Origin: Balamuthia mandrillaris
Lineage: Eukaryota
Length of the DNA stretch: 64,000 nucleotides
Assembly: GCA_031835245.2 (NCBI GenBank)
Contig: JAVKOQ020000031.1
Coordinates: forward strand, 124,001-188,000
Reading direction: 5' to 3'
Part shown: positions 24,318-36,098 of the stretch, in pieces
Position numbering within the stretch: the stretch's first letter is position 1
Layout: each line of letters opens with the position of its first letter
Translations under genes and position numbers: made by a program
Notes under the pieces: model-generated
What the model saw: only the letters and a program-made list of their open reading frames with translations
Database searches by the model: none
Told to the model about the DNA's origin: nothing

Positions 24318-25102
24318 ATGGGGATCGTTCACAGAGAGGAAGGAGCGAAGAAGAAAAAGAGAGGCCTCAAAGCAGAAGAGGAGGAGGAGGAGGAGATGGC
24401 GAGGAACAGGGTATCTTTTTTGAGGTTGCCGTCAGAGGTTCACCTCTTGGTCCTTTCCTTTCTTTCACCCGCCGAGCTGATCACCATCAGCCGCACCTGT
24501 CGCGAGATGGCGGCCCTCTCCTCCGACAACCTCCTCTGGAGAAACCTTTTTCTCTCCTCCGCAAAACGGCTGCAACAAAGATTCATTAACATTGCTCAGC
24601 CTCACAACGAAGAAGAAGAAGAAGAGGAAGAAGACGGAGAAGCAGAAGAAGACGGGGAAGAGAAGAGGCAACAAAAGGGTTTGGAAGAGCTGGTGGCATG
24701 CATTTCTGCTTGTTCTTCTTCGCCAGAGACTTTCTTCGCCTCAACCATTTTTGAAGAAGAAGAAGAAGAAGAAGAGGACGCAAAAGTAGAGAAAGAGAAA
24801 GAAGAAGAAGCAGAGGAGGGAGAACAGAAACGGTTGCGGTTGGCGCAAAGGAAGGAGAGGAGGAGGGAATGGACGGCGTCAGTGCTGCAGCAGCTCTCTT
24901 GGAAGGAGCGAGCGAAGGCGTTGAGCATCGGCATCCCTGCGCTCTTCAACGCTCGGCCGGTGTTGTGCATGGAGGGTCTGATCAGGGCTGGCCTCCTACG
25001 AAGGAGAGCCTCTGAGGTGGCCATGTTCTTGGCTTCCACTTTGGGCTTGTCCAACTGGAAGGTGGAGTGGTTGCTCAAACGGTTTGGTTTCATTAGGTCA
25101 GC

Positions 25103-25144
<42 letters not shown>

Positions 25145-26521
25145 CTCTTTCTCTTTCTCTTTCTCTCTCTCGTTCTCATGCCTTGTCTTCTCTTTTCTTG
25201 TTCGCTCTTCGCTCTTCTCTCTTCTTCTCTTCATTCTGCTGCTACTCCCTTTGTTCCTGTTCCATTTCGCCTTCTCTCTTTATCTCTTTGTGTTCTGTTT
25301 CTTACCAGAAGAAAACGATGATAGATATAAGCGAGCACCTTATGGAAAGGCGCTTGTGATCAAGTATATCGACTACATGGATTTCAAAGACCTTGAACTT
25401 GTGGACGCCTTACGGTAGATTCTTTCTCGTTTTGTTTTCCTTGTTCTTCTGCTTCTCTTCTGAGCTGATTTATGTGCTGTTAAACAGATCATTGGTGGAT
25501 AGAGTGCCATTACCACCCGAGAGTGGAGTGTTGGACAACTTCATTCAGAGCTTTGTTAAAAAGTATTATCTCGACAATCCAACTGCGTTTCCTAACCAGA
25601 GCGAGGACGACGTATATGTTCTCGTTTATGCCATCTTCATGTTAAATACAGGTTCGTATATTTTGTTTTAAGCGCTATCAGTTTTGGCTAACTTCTTGCT
25701 CTTCATCTTCTTCTTCTTGTTCTTCTTCTTCATCATCTTCTTCTTCTTCTTGTTCTTCTTCTTCTTGTTTGTCTTCTTCTTCTTGTTCTTGTTCTTCTGC
25801 TTCTTCTTCTTGTTCTTCTTCTTCTTCTTCTTCTTTCTCTCTTTTGTTTTGACAAACGCAAACAGACGCACATTCAAATATGGTCACCTCGAAAATGTCG
25901 AAAGCAAGCTGGATGGACCATGTCCCATCATTTGACAAATCTGTGCTGAACAGCATTTACGATTCCATCACAAAAAACGAACTCAGAAAGCGACGAGTCA
26001 TCAAGCAAGGCACACTTCTCGTCAAACCACCTGGCGGTAACCTTTCTCTTCCTTGCTCGCTCTTTGGCTCTCCTCTCTTCGGTTCTCTGCTTCTCTTCTC
26101 GTTCTATATTCTTAGCATCTTCTCTCTTCTCTCTTCTCTCTTCTCTCTTCTCTCTCTCTCTCTCTCTCTCTTTTGTTCAGGTTTTCTGTCGAAAGCGAAA
26201 AAACGAACCGTTGCTTTGACTCAAGCCTCATTAGTGGTTTATGACGATAAACGAAACCAATCCTCGATGGCACGCTTCTCCCTCCGTTGGAACACCAAGC
26301 TGCAACACGATCCAACGGAACACACTTTTGCACTTGCAGAAGACACGACCTCTCCTCCCAAAGGACTGTTTGTCTTTTCGGAACTGAAAACGAAGAAAAA
26401 GACAAACAAGAACAAAGAGAAAGACAACGACGACGACAGCGAGAACAGTTTGGAGAGCTGGATTAATGCCATCTACGAGATTATTCAACTCGAACGTGAC
26501 TGCTTCAGAGAGTTGATTTGA
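24318..26521 (+). CDS. F-box + Sec7 (ArfGEF) + PH domain protein
   Basis: F-box FLRLPSEVHLLVLSFLSPAELITISRTCR..DNLLWRNL; Sec7 YIDYMDFKDLELVDALR|SLVDRVPLPPESGVLDNFIQSFVKKY...YVLVYAIFMLNT|DAHS..KMSK..IYDSITKNEL; PH VIKQGTLLVK..KKRTVALTQASLVVY...SWINAIYE. Confidence 0.85.
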
Positions 26522-26599
26522 AGAAACACATGGCTTGTTTATGTAAAGTATCATACCACAACAACACAAGTTCATCGAATCCTTTGGTTCGGCTTAAAC

Positions 26600-29500
26600 T
26601 TACTTCCCTGTGGTTACTGTGGCTTGTTTGGTCGTTCCCGAAGACTTTGAAGCAGATGTAGAAGAGCTCTTCTTTGATGCTGACGAGTGGTGAGAAGAGG
26701 AGGAAGATGAACTAAAGGAGCTTTCTTTCCCACCGCTTCCCTTTCTCGACGAAGAAGTGGTTTTCTTCATGCTGGTCGTTCTCTTCATCTTCCTTTCTTT
26801 CTTCATATCCACAGGTACAGAAGGATGACTAAAGTTGGGGTAGATCTGATAAAAGTGGTCCTCCCTTTGCTTGCACCTGTTGGCGAGGTCTTCCAGGCTG
26901 GATAACTCCTGCTTCAATCTCTTCAGATAGAGAGACACATCAAAGAGCTCTTCCAGGTCGTTGGAGTTCATGGCGTTAAGCTTCAATTGCAGGCCACTGG
27001 ACAACAGCCCACGTTCATACACCCTGTGTTGGTTTCAAGAAGAGACAAGCTACTATGAGAACAGAGAAGCACAAGCGACAAGAGAAATAAGATAAAAGAT
27101 CTCGTACAAAGGCACGATGACGTATTGGTGGAACTTTAGGAGAACGTTGCAGGTGATCCTGGAGCGTATGTCCTCAAAGAATAGGGTGGCCATCGGGATG
27201 AACTCCCTCTGAAGAGCATGCCTTGTAGCGGGTCCCATCCCAAAATCGTTGGGTTGAACAGAGTCCAGAACGCCATAGTAGGTAGTGTTGGCATGAACGT
27301 AGGCACCACCGCCATGAGCAAAGTCTACGCCCAACAAGCTGCCCATCGAGTCGGAACGCATAAGCTGGGCGTTGCCACCATCTAAACCTATTGTAGCAAA
27401 TGAGCAAGGTTAACCGGAAGAAGAGCACAAGAATACCAAGCAAGGGAATACCAGAAAGATTGGCCTCTGAGAGCTTGTTGGAGGTGTTGCCCGCATCGAT
27501 GGAGCTATGCAATGGCGACTCGGCCCTACGAATAGAATGCTCTGACAAGGAAGACCCCGGCTCCTTCTCTCTGCTTGCACTGTTCCTTCTCGCTGCGCTG
27601 GTTTCCGAGTGTTGAGCCAAAGGACTTCCTCCAATAAAAGCGCTAACGCTTCCACCTCCTGCATTACTTGTGGAGGAGGAAAGAGCAACAGCAGGAGCAC
27701 CCGAAGTGGAGGAAGAAAGAGGAGATGGAGCGGAAGGTCCACCCGATCCGGAAGGAGAAGGTGAGGAAATCCCAAGATTGCCTCCACTGGGAGTTCTTCT
27801 CATGCCAATCTCAAGCTTGGCTCGGTCGGAGTTGGAGTCCCTTCGGTGGTGCATGGTGGTGTAGGCAGGCGGCTGAACACCAGTTGGCATAACAATGGTG
27901 GAACCAGCAGAGATGGTGGCGTTCTTGAACTCTATGCTCCTTCTTTTGTTGGCAACTGGGGTTCCCGCAGCCGACGAGGCTCCACTGGCAGCATTGCTGC
28001 CTGGAGCACTTCCACCATTTCCACTTCCGCTGAGATTGCTGCTTGCAGCGACATTACTTGCAGCGATGGCAGCCAGCAGGGACTGAGAGGCAGTGCCTGG
28101 GCTTATCGAGTTGCGCCCGATGCTCAGGGCGGAGGGTGTCACGTTGCTGCTTCGACGAGAATGGGTCATGTGAGAGAGAGGAGTGAGGCTCTCCCCTGGT
28201 TTTACGCTGTCCCGCTTCCGCAGGATGGTCGACCCAGAGGGTGAGGAAGAGGAAGAAGATAGTTTGTTGGAGGTGGTTTTGCCAATTCCCGAAACTCCTC
28301 CGATGCTTCCTCCCCCTCCAATGGAGGAAGTCTTGCTTGCTGTAGTTGTGCTTTCGGAAATGCTTTCTGAGTCACTCCATTCTTCGGTTGCTTCGGAGTC
28401 TGAATGGCATGTTTTCAGCAGTGAGAAGAAGAGCAGAGAACGCAGTAGAGAAGAAACGCAAAGAGCAGAGTCAGAGAAGAGAGAAAAGACTGCAGAGAGA
28501 AAAAGTACCACTGCTGTTGGCATCGTCAACGGAAGCAGAAGGTAACACGTAAATCAAGCGAGGAGCATCGATCTCCTCCAAGCAAGACATCTCTGCTCGT
28601 TTCACCGCTCTCTTCACACAACCAAGGAACTGATCCTTGATCATATAGGCCAACTGGGGGGAAGACTGCTGGAACGTGTGCAACAACTGAGCTTGCATCT
28701 GCCTTCTTACCCTTTCATGGAGGTCTCCATCCAATCCACTTCTCTTCATCTCTTCTTGCAACTTGATGTTGTTGTCCTCCGAAGAACAAGATGATGAAGA
28801 GACAGCATTCTGATGAAGACTCAGTCCGTTGAGGAAATACCCGGAAGAGTTGGTGCTATGCTCCCAAAAGCGTTTGCTGTTGTTCTCGCTGGTTTTCTTG
28901 GGGTTGTGACGCTGGAGCATAGCCACTGCCGGAGAGAACACAGAATAAATGTCTTTTCCCGCTCCAAAGGAAGAGGCAGACGAGGAAGTAGCGGGAGATG
29001 AAAGCCACTGAGCAGAAGTGTAGTCCAACATGGTCCTCGTTCGGAGCTTCAGATCCACCGCGGCGGCTATTCTCTTCATGATCTTCTTCGCTCTTGCAAA
29101 GAGAGCTTGGATCAGCGGCCTTGCCAACTCTCTAAACTTGTTCTCTGCCATCTCCACAGCTTTGGCCTGAAGCCTTGCCTTCTCCTCCAGGGTTGTGGGG
29201 GAGGAAGGGGAGGTAGAGGATTGTGGTGGTTGCAAAGCGGAGATGGCAACGGTGGCCAGCTCCATGGCGGTGAACTGCAGCGATAATCGTTGCTCCATCA
29301 AGTCTCGAAACTCTGTGATGAGCTTGCGGAGCTGAGCTCCGCCGTTGTCGATGTTCGAGTCCCAGTAAGGGGTAGTCCATTTGAGGTGCTCCGGCTGAGC
29401 GCTGTCTCTTAGGCCAAACACAGAGTCCTCTTCTGCAATGTTGTTGGTGAACTGAAACGAATGGAGGGCAGAAAACAAGAAGAAGAAATAAAACGAACCA

Positions 29501-32323
29501 AAGGCTTTGCCAGAGATATCCACATGCTTGCTCTTGCACTTGAGCGAGACCTCCTTGTTGCGCTGATGGCCAACAGCGCCGGAACCGATGGCTGAGGACA
29601 TGGCGGCAGTCACCGACTGATGGATGCGACTCTCCATCGCACAAAAAACCTGCTCCAAAAACTCAGTGGCATAGCCGCTGGCAATAGAGCGAAGCTTCTG
29701 AGGGCGTTGCTTCAGGGCGTTGAGCTCCTTTTCCACCTCCTCCAGCTGCGCTTTCAGCACTGCAGTCTTCCTCTCCGTCTCCTCCTGAAGAGAAGCCATC
29801 AGAAAGGGGATCATAGGGATGAGCTCCTGGTGCTTCCTCCAACCCAGCTCAAGGATCCGTCGGCGCAAGTGGTTGACCCCCAGCCGTGGGGCAAGCCTCT
29901 CGATGCAGTCCATCTTTTCGAGGTCCGCCACATCCCTTGCGTAACACTGTATGAGCCTGGTCCTATACTGCTCCGATATGGATGAAGCAGAAGAGGCCAA
30001 GACTTTGGCCCTTGCGGCGGAGTTGAGGAGAGAGACGTAGACAGAGTTGAAGGGGCGTTGCGCGAGGAGCTGGCCCAACAGACTAGGCTCGGCGGTCACC
30101 TGGGTCAACAGGAGGTGAAACTTGGTGTGCACAAAGAGAGTTCGTGCAAAGGCGGGATCGGCGCGGCCGATGAGGTCGTAGAGGTAGTTGCGAGCACGGG
30201 TGGACTGGTCGCTGGGAGGGGCAAACTCCTCCACGCAGAGAATAAGCCGATTGGGAGGGGAGATGAAGCGGCGGACGAGCTTCTCCACCTCCTCACGCTC
30301 CTTTCTGGTGCCGCTCTTGCCGTACATCAGCCCCGGCGTGTCGATGAGCCTCAGGTCCCAACACTTTTCCCACTCATAGACCACCTCGATGGTGGCGTGG
30401 TTGAACGCATCTGTTGTGGAATACCAAAAGATGAAGCTCGCTCGTTATTAATAATAAAGGGACAGAACACAGAGGAGGAAGGGACAGGAGCCTCTGACCT
30501 TTCTTGCTCTTGGAGGGAGCGGTGGGCTTCCATGTCGGTACCGTCATATCCCCCGCCGCGCTCTTGTAGATGGTCGAGTCGCCGCCCAGTCGCGTCAACT
30601 GCGACACCGGCGTAGAGGAGGGCTTCCCCTGGTTGGCGGCCTCTTTGCTCTCGGCGTACTGCTCCGCTTTGGCTCGAATGGCCTCCGGCAGTTGCTCCAA
30701 GGTGATCCCTTTGATGGTCTCCTTCTCGAGGGAGGGTCGTACGGCCTCGCAGCTGTTGCCGGCTCCCTGGCTGGAGGCTCCGGGATAGTAGACCAGGGAG
30801 AACCGGGGCTCCTTGCAATCGGGGTTGTGGCGCATGGAGAGGCAGAGGGGCAGCTTGGTGCCCTCTTGTTGTTGCTGCTGAAAGGGCAAAAAGGGATGAC
30901 CGAGGAGAGCTTCCAGCAGGGTGCTCTTGCCGTGCCCTTTGAAGCCAACCAACACTACCTCCGGTGGACTCAGCTCTACATTCATGCTGAAACGAAGGAA
31001 AGCAGAAGATAAGAAAGGCGTAAACAAAACAAGGATAGGGAAGAAAGGGAGAGGAATAACAAACTCTTTGGCGAGAGAGGCGAGGATATCAAAGGACTTG
31101 TAGACTTGCTCTGGGAAGGGGTTCTTCCAAAGCTCTGTCGACAAGTCCACCAACCTGTTCTTCACTCCTCCTCCCTGCTCCCGTTTGTGGCTACCCTCAA
31201 GCTCCGCACTATCATCCTCTCCCTCCATGCTCTTCCTGGTCTGCTCCATGGCCTTCCTCCTCTCCTCCTCGTTGCGATAGTCCCTGGCTCTCCTCTGGTT
31301 ATTTACCTCTTGGCAGCTCTTATCATAGTCCGACTGGATCAGCTTCCACTTCTCCTCCTCCAGCGCCTCTATCTGCTCCTCGATGCGCTGCCTCTTCTTG
31401 AGGAGGAGGTCGTTGGCCTTCATGACGGCCACAAAGTCGGCCCGCACCTTCTTGTGCTCCTGGTCTAGTTCCTTGTTCTGCTTCTGGAGGATCTTTATCT
31501 CGGACTCCTTCGTCTGTGCCGCCATGCTCATCATGTCCTGGCCAAACCGTCCTGGTGCGTAGGAGAGGACATTCAACGAGGGGGAGACGAGGCTGATGGA
31601 GTGGCCGCCACGACGGTCATCGTCACCGCTGCCCTCTGCTCCATTGGCGCTGTAGACCTTGACCAGGTCGTGCAGCAGTTGGAGGAGCTCGGCTTTGGCG
31701 GGAGTGGTGGAGAGGGTGAAGGTGTGCGCCTTCTCGGTGCTCAGCAACTCGAAGGCATTCCGCATTGCTTTATGTTCGCGTTTCGACAACGAATGTTAGA
31801 GCAAAGGGCAAGGAGGAAGGAGGAAGAAGAAAGGAGGGAAAGGAAGCAAAGAAAAACTCAGACAGGGACGTACAGTCTCCATCAGGAAGGTCATGGATGC
31901 GAGAGTTCGTCAGAGATATCTCCTCGGACAGCTTATAAATCGTGCGAGAGGCGCTCTTCGTTCGCGTGTTCTTGGCCAGGATGATCATATCGTTCAACAA
32001 GAAGTACTGTCGCTCCTTCTCCTTGCCAGCCTCGATATGCGTCAACGTCCCCTCGTGCACGAACCTCCGCCCTGGAGCCACGAGCTTCAGCACAGGAACG
32101 CCATCGCTGAGGACCGTGTTCTGTATCTCCAACAGCTTCTGAACGCTCTCCATGCGACGCTTGTTCTCGTTAACGTCGGTGACCACCTCTGTGACCTTGT
32201 TGTAGGCCGCTTCCAGGTTCTCATAGTCAAAGTGGTCTTTAGGGGTATGTTGTTTTATTTCCTGTGTCGCTTTGTGAGAAAGAAAGGAACAGAAGCATAG
32301 GAAGAGGAGGCCGGAAGGAGAAG

Positions 32324-32368
<45 letters not shown>

Positions 32369-32999
32369 AGAGAGGCTTACTTTCAAGAGAAGAGGATATT
32401 TACAGATGCGTTGGATGGGCTTAATGATGAAGCTTCCAATGTCTTGCCTCTGACATCTTGGTTTACTTTTACATTGCTGTTAACACCAACAAGAAAGAGA
32501 GAGAGAGAGAGAGAGTGAGAGAGTGAGAGAGAGGTCTCTATATTAACAACTTCCCAAGCAAAAATAAAACACATGAGCAGAAGGACCGACGTACCTCGAG
32601 AAACTCTTTGAACCTCTCGTTCTCGAGCTCCAGTCGTTCTATCTCCGCGAGGGCTCTCCCTTGATTGGAACAATACTGCGTGTACATCTTGAGGTAGTCG
32701 GCCATGCTCAGGAAGATCTCGCCGATGTTCTGCGTGGAGGGCTTGTTCTTCTTCACCTTTCTTAGCTTCTCCAAGAGCTCGGTGTTGATGGTGAGGATCA
32801 GGGCGATGTTGGAGAATATGACCTGGACCTGCGGCGGCGTGAGGATGTTCTTCTCCTTGATGGGCTCCACAAAGACCTCCACGATGGTGCTGAGATGGTC
32901 CACGTAGGCCGACTCGGTCTCTACCAGCTCCTTGATCACCTCATTTCTGAGCCTTTCGTGCTTTTCCCACTCCTCCTTCTCCTTTTTGTCTTTGCTCAT
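26600..32999 (-). CDS. RhoGEF (DH) + PH + coiled coil + dynamin-like (Dlp/DRP5-type) GTPase fusion protein with Ser-rich insert
   Basis: DH: RNEVIKELVETESAYVDHL...YLKMYTQYCSN...PIQRI; PH: RRFVHEGTL..RQYFLLNDMIILAK|MRNAFELL..TFTL; dynamin G1 PEVVLVGFKGHGKSTLLEALLG, G2-like TKLPL, G3 LRLIDTPGL, G4 FVHTKFH; helical stalk LRSIASGYATEFLEQ. About 10 exons. Confidence 0.8.
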
Positions 33000-33672
33000 T
33001 CCGGTTTGCCCGAGTCCAACCACCACAGCTGAAAAAGTGGCGCAGAAAGCTGCTCGCTCCCTGCCTTGAGTACCGCAGAAAGCTGCTCCCCTCCCTTAGC
33101 GTGAGTGAGTTCAAAATGGCTCCTATACGCGGAGTGCCTCGTTATATAGCGTTCCACACCCAACAAAAAAATATTATGAGACGCCCACCGCAACGAAGCG
33201 GCATGTCTACAAATATTCAAAGGAACCGCAGGGGGGCCAGCCAAACCTCGGCGACTCCCGTAATTTTGCTCCTTTGTTTGGGACAGAAATGTGCGTTGAG
33301 CCTTTTCCAGGCAGAAAGTCTGACGTCAGGGCACCGCATTTTGGGTATTATTAAACGTCGACAAATCAAAAAAAAAGAGTGAGCCAACGAAAAAAATAGC
33401 ACAAAAAAAAGAAGAAGGGGGCAAAGAAGAAGAGACGGTTACCAACTCCTCCTTGCCTGAGAAACAAGGTATGTGACCACCAAATGATTTGTTTGTTTGT
33501 TTTTTTTTAAAAAAATTATTATTTTAAACTTTCCTCCTCCAATCTTTTTTTTATTTTTTTGATTTGTTCTCACAACTCTCTTCCCTTCAGGTTTTTTTTA
33601 AAAAAAAAAACTAGTACACCCCACTCCAAGGAAGAAAAAGAAAAAAAAAGTAGCAACAGCAAACACAAGATC

Positions 33673-34110
33673 ATGTCACAACTGCAAAGCCCGATTCGTT
33701 TGATGGACGCTCTCTGCGTGAGAAAGGCCAAGGAAATGGGCAACACCCCTCCGCCCTCCGCCTCTGGCCTCACCTTCATGGCCGCCATGCAGCTCGCCCG
33801 GAAAGGCAACTGGGAGGCCGCCGTGGAGAAGCTGCTGGCCGCCAAGCAGGAGGCCGAGAAGACCCCCGAGGACCTGGAGCCCCTGGCCATCTCCGTCAGC
33901 ATGTTGGGCTTTGCCTACGCCAACCTCAACCAGTGGCCCCAGGCCGTCGAGGCCTACCTGGAGGCCCTCTCCCTGTGGCAGCGTGAGCACGGCGAGAGGA
34001 GCAAGGCCCTGGCCCCCTTCCTGCAGGACGTCTCCTTGGTTTATCACAAAGCTGGAGATCAGGACAAGGCTGATGAGTTCCGAAGGAAAGCAAACGAGGT
34101 GAGCAAGTGA
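33673..34110 (+). CDS. Small TPR-repeat protein (145 aa)
   Basis: AISVSMLGFAYANLNQWPQAVEAYLEALSLW...LQDVSLVYHKAGDQDKADEFRRKA (kinesin-light-chain-like TPR pattern); strong GC3 bias. Confidence 0.75.
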   Translation: MSQLQSPIRLMDALCVRKAKEMGNTPPPSASGLTFMAAMQLARKGNWEAAVEKLLAAKQEAEKTPEDLEPLAISVSMLGFAYANLNQWPQAVEAYLEALSLWQREHGERSKALAPFLQDVSLVYHKAGDQDKADEFRRKANEVSK

Positions 34111-34150
34111 GTCACACAAGTTTTTTTTTTTTGGAAAAAAGAAAGAGAAC

Positions 34151-34196
<46 letters not shown>

Positions 34197-34505
34197 ATCG
34201 GTCTCTTCTCTTTATGTTTTTTTTTTAATTTGGCCAAACAAGCAAAGAGGAAGTGTATCAACAGACTAATGGACGAAGGAAGAAGGGACTTTGCTCTTGT
34301 ACTTTTTTTTATTGCAACAAAAACAAAGGCCATACTACTTACATGGAAGTCCTCTTCTCTTCTGCTCTCAGGACATATTACAATTCTCCCTCTTCATCTT
34401 GTTCTTGTTCTTCTTCTTCTTCTTCTTGTTCTTCTTCTTCTTCTTCTTCTTCTTCTTCTTCTTCTTCTTCTTCTTCTTCTTCTTGCCTCTCTTCTTCTTC
34501 CAAAG

Positions 34506-35267
34506 TTAAGGCAGAGGGTGGTGGGGATAGTGCGTGGCTCGTTGCCAGACCAAAGCCAACAACAGCCCAAACAGGAAGAACGTGGCGGTCATGAGGACCA
34601 AAGGCAGCCACCACTCTGCTTTGGTTCGCACCACCAACGAGGAGTGTTGGTCGATGGTGGCGGCTTTGTTGTGGCAGGAGGGAAAAGCGGCAGAGGCATT
34701 CAACAATGGCTCCGTTTCTTGGAGGTGCAATGGAAGAGGAGGAGGAGCCCCCTGTTTGGGGCGGACCGCAGCGGCGGCCTTCCAGCGACAGAAGAGCAAG
34801 GTGAGAAGGCCCACCAGGGTCATGGCCAAGGAGGTGCCGTACTGGGGCAGCCAGATGAGAGCGGAGCTAGCCGCGCACCAAGGACAGTGCGGGCCATGGG
34901 GACTATGAATGTTGCAGCGTTCCACACCCCCTGAACCAGTTTGGGTGAGCTAGCTTAGCAAAAAAGACAGGTCGATGCAAACTAAAGCGTGTTCCTGACC
35001 TGACCAAACCCAGGAGCAGCCACAGCGAAAGAGAGCGCCGCAGTAGGGCAGGATGAACAGGTAACAGGTCAAAAAGGAGAAGCCCACCACGAGGCCGAAC
35101 TCCAGCGCCAGGAACAACCAATGTTGAAGAGGTCTAGCAAAAAGACCTTCCTTCCAGGAGCCCCTCCTTGTGGTCACCGCCACTGCCACCATCCTTGGCC
35201 AGAGAGAGGAGGAAGGGGAAGAAGAGGAGGAAGGGGAAGGGGCTCTCCTTCCTTCTTCTTCCTCCAT
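34506..35267 (-). CDS. Uncharacterised 3-TM membrane protein with a Cys-rich loop
   Basis: Two exons joined by a GT-AG intron (about 34999-34931) give PYCGALFRCGCSWVWSGGVERCNIHSPHGPHCPWC between hydrophobic helices. Confidence 0.7.
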
Positions 35268-35671
35268 TCTCCGGTTTCGAATCCCACAGCAGGCAATCTT
35301 TTTCATTTCGGTTTTATTTATTTTTGCAACGAAGCAGCATTCCTTTTCAATGCTCTGCCAAGAAACAAATCGTATGAGAACACAACGTAAAATGAGGACA
35401 GATGGAGAATTGGTGGCGGCTGTTTCGACGGCTCAGTTTGTCCAAAAACAATCAAATTTGTCATTCCGAGAAAAATCTTGGGTTTTATTTGTCGACATCC
35501 TTAAATAGATAAATAAAACTAAATTCGCCTCAAAATATTTTCTTTCTTTTTTGTTTTCGTCGACGCGCAGAGAAGAACAGAGGGAGGGATCCCTGTGGCC
35601 ACTTGTTTCACATTCGTTCGGGGAGAGAGATTCGTTCGCTTCACACACACACACAAAAAAAAAAGAATAGA

Positions 35672-36061
35672 ATGGTGCTGGATATCACTTTGTTTCGCAA
35701 GGAGGCTGGAGGAGACCCTGACATCATTAGGGAGTCGCAGAGGCGCAGATATGCCAGCGTGGAGGTGGTCGATGAAATCATCGCCCTCGACGAGAAGTGG
35801 CGACAAAGTACTTATTCTTCTTCTGCTTTCGCTATGATTTCATTATTTTTTTTTCCATCTTAATTCGTTCACTACTCATTTTTTCCTAATATTCTTGGTC
35901 AAATAAAAAAAATTGTAGTGACTTTTGAGCTCGATAACTTGAGGAAAGACAAGCGCTTGAAGAGCAAAGAGATTAACGAGAAACGGAAGGTTGGTCTCAT
36001 CTTTTTTTTTTCAACACTTCTTTTTCTCTCTCTCTCTCTCTCTCTCTCCGCTTTGCACGAA

Positions 36062-36098
<37 letters not shown>

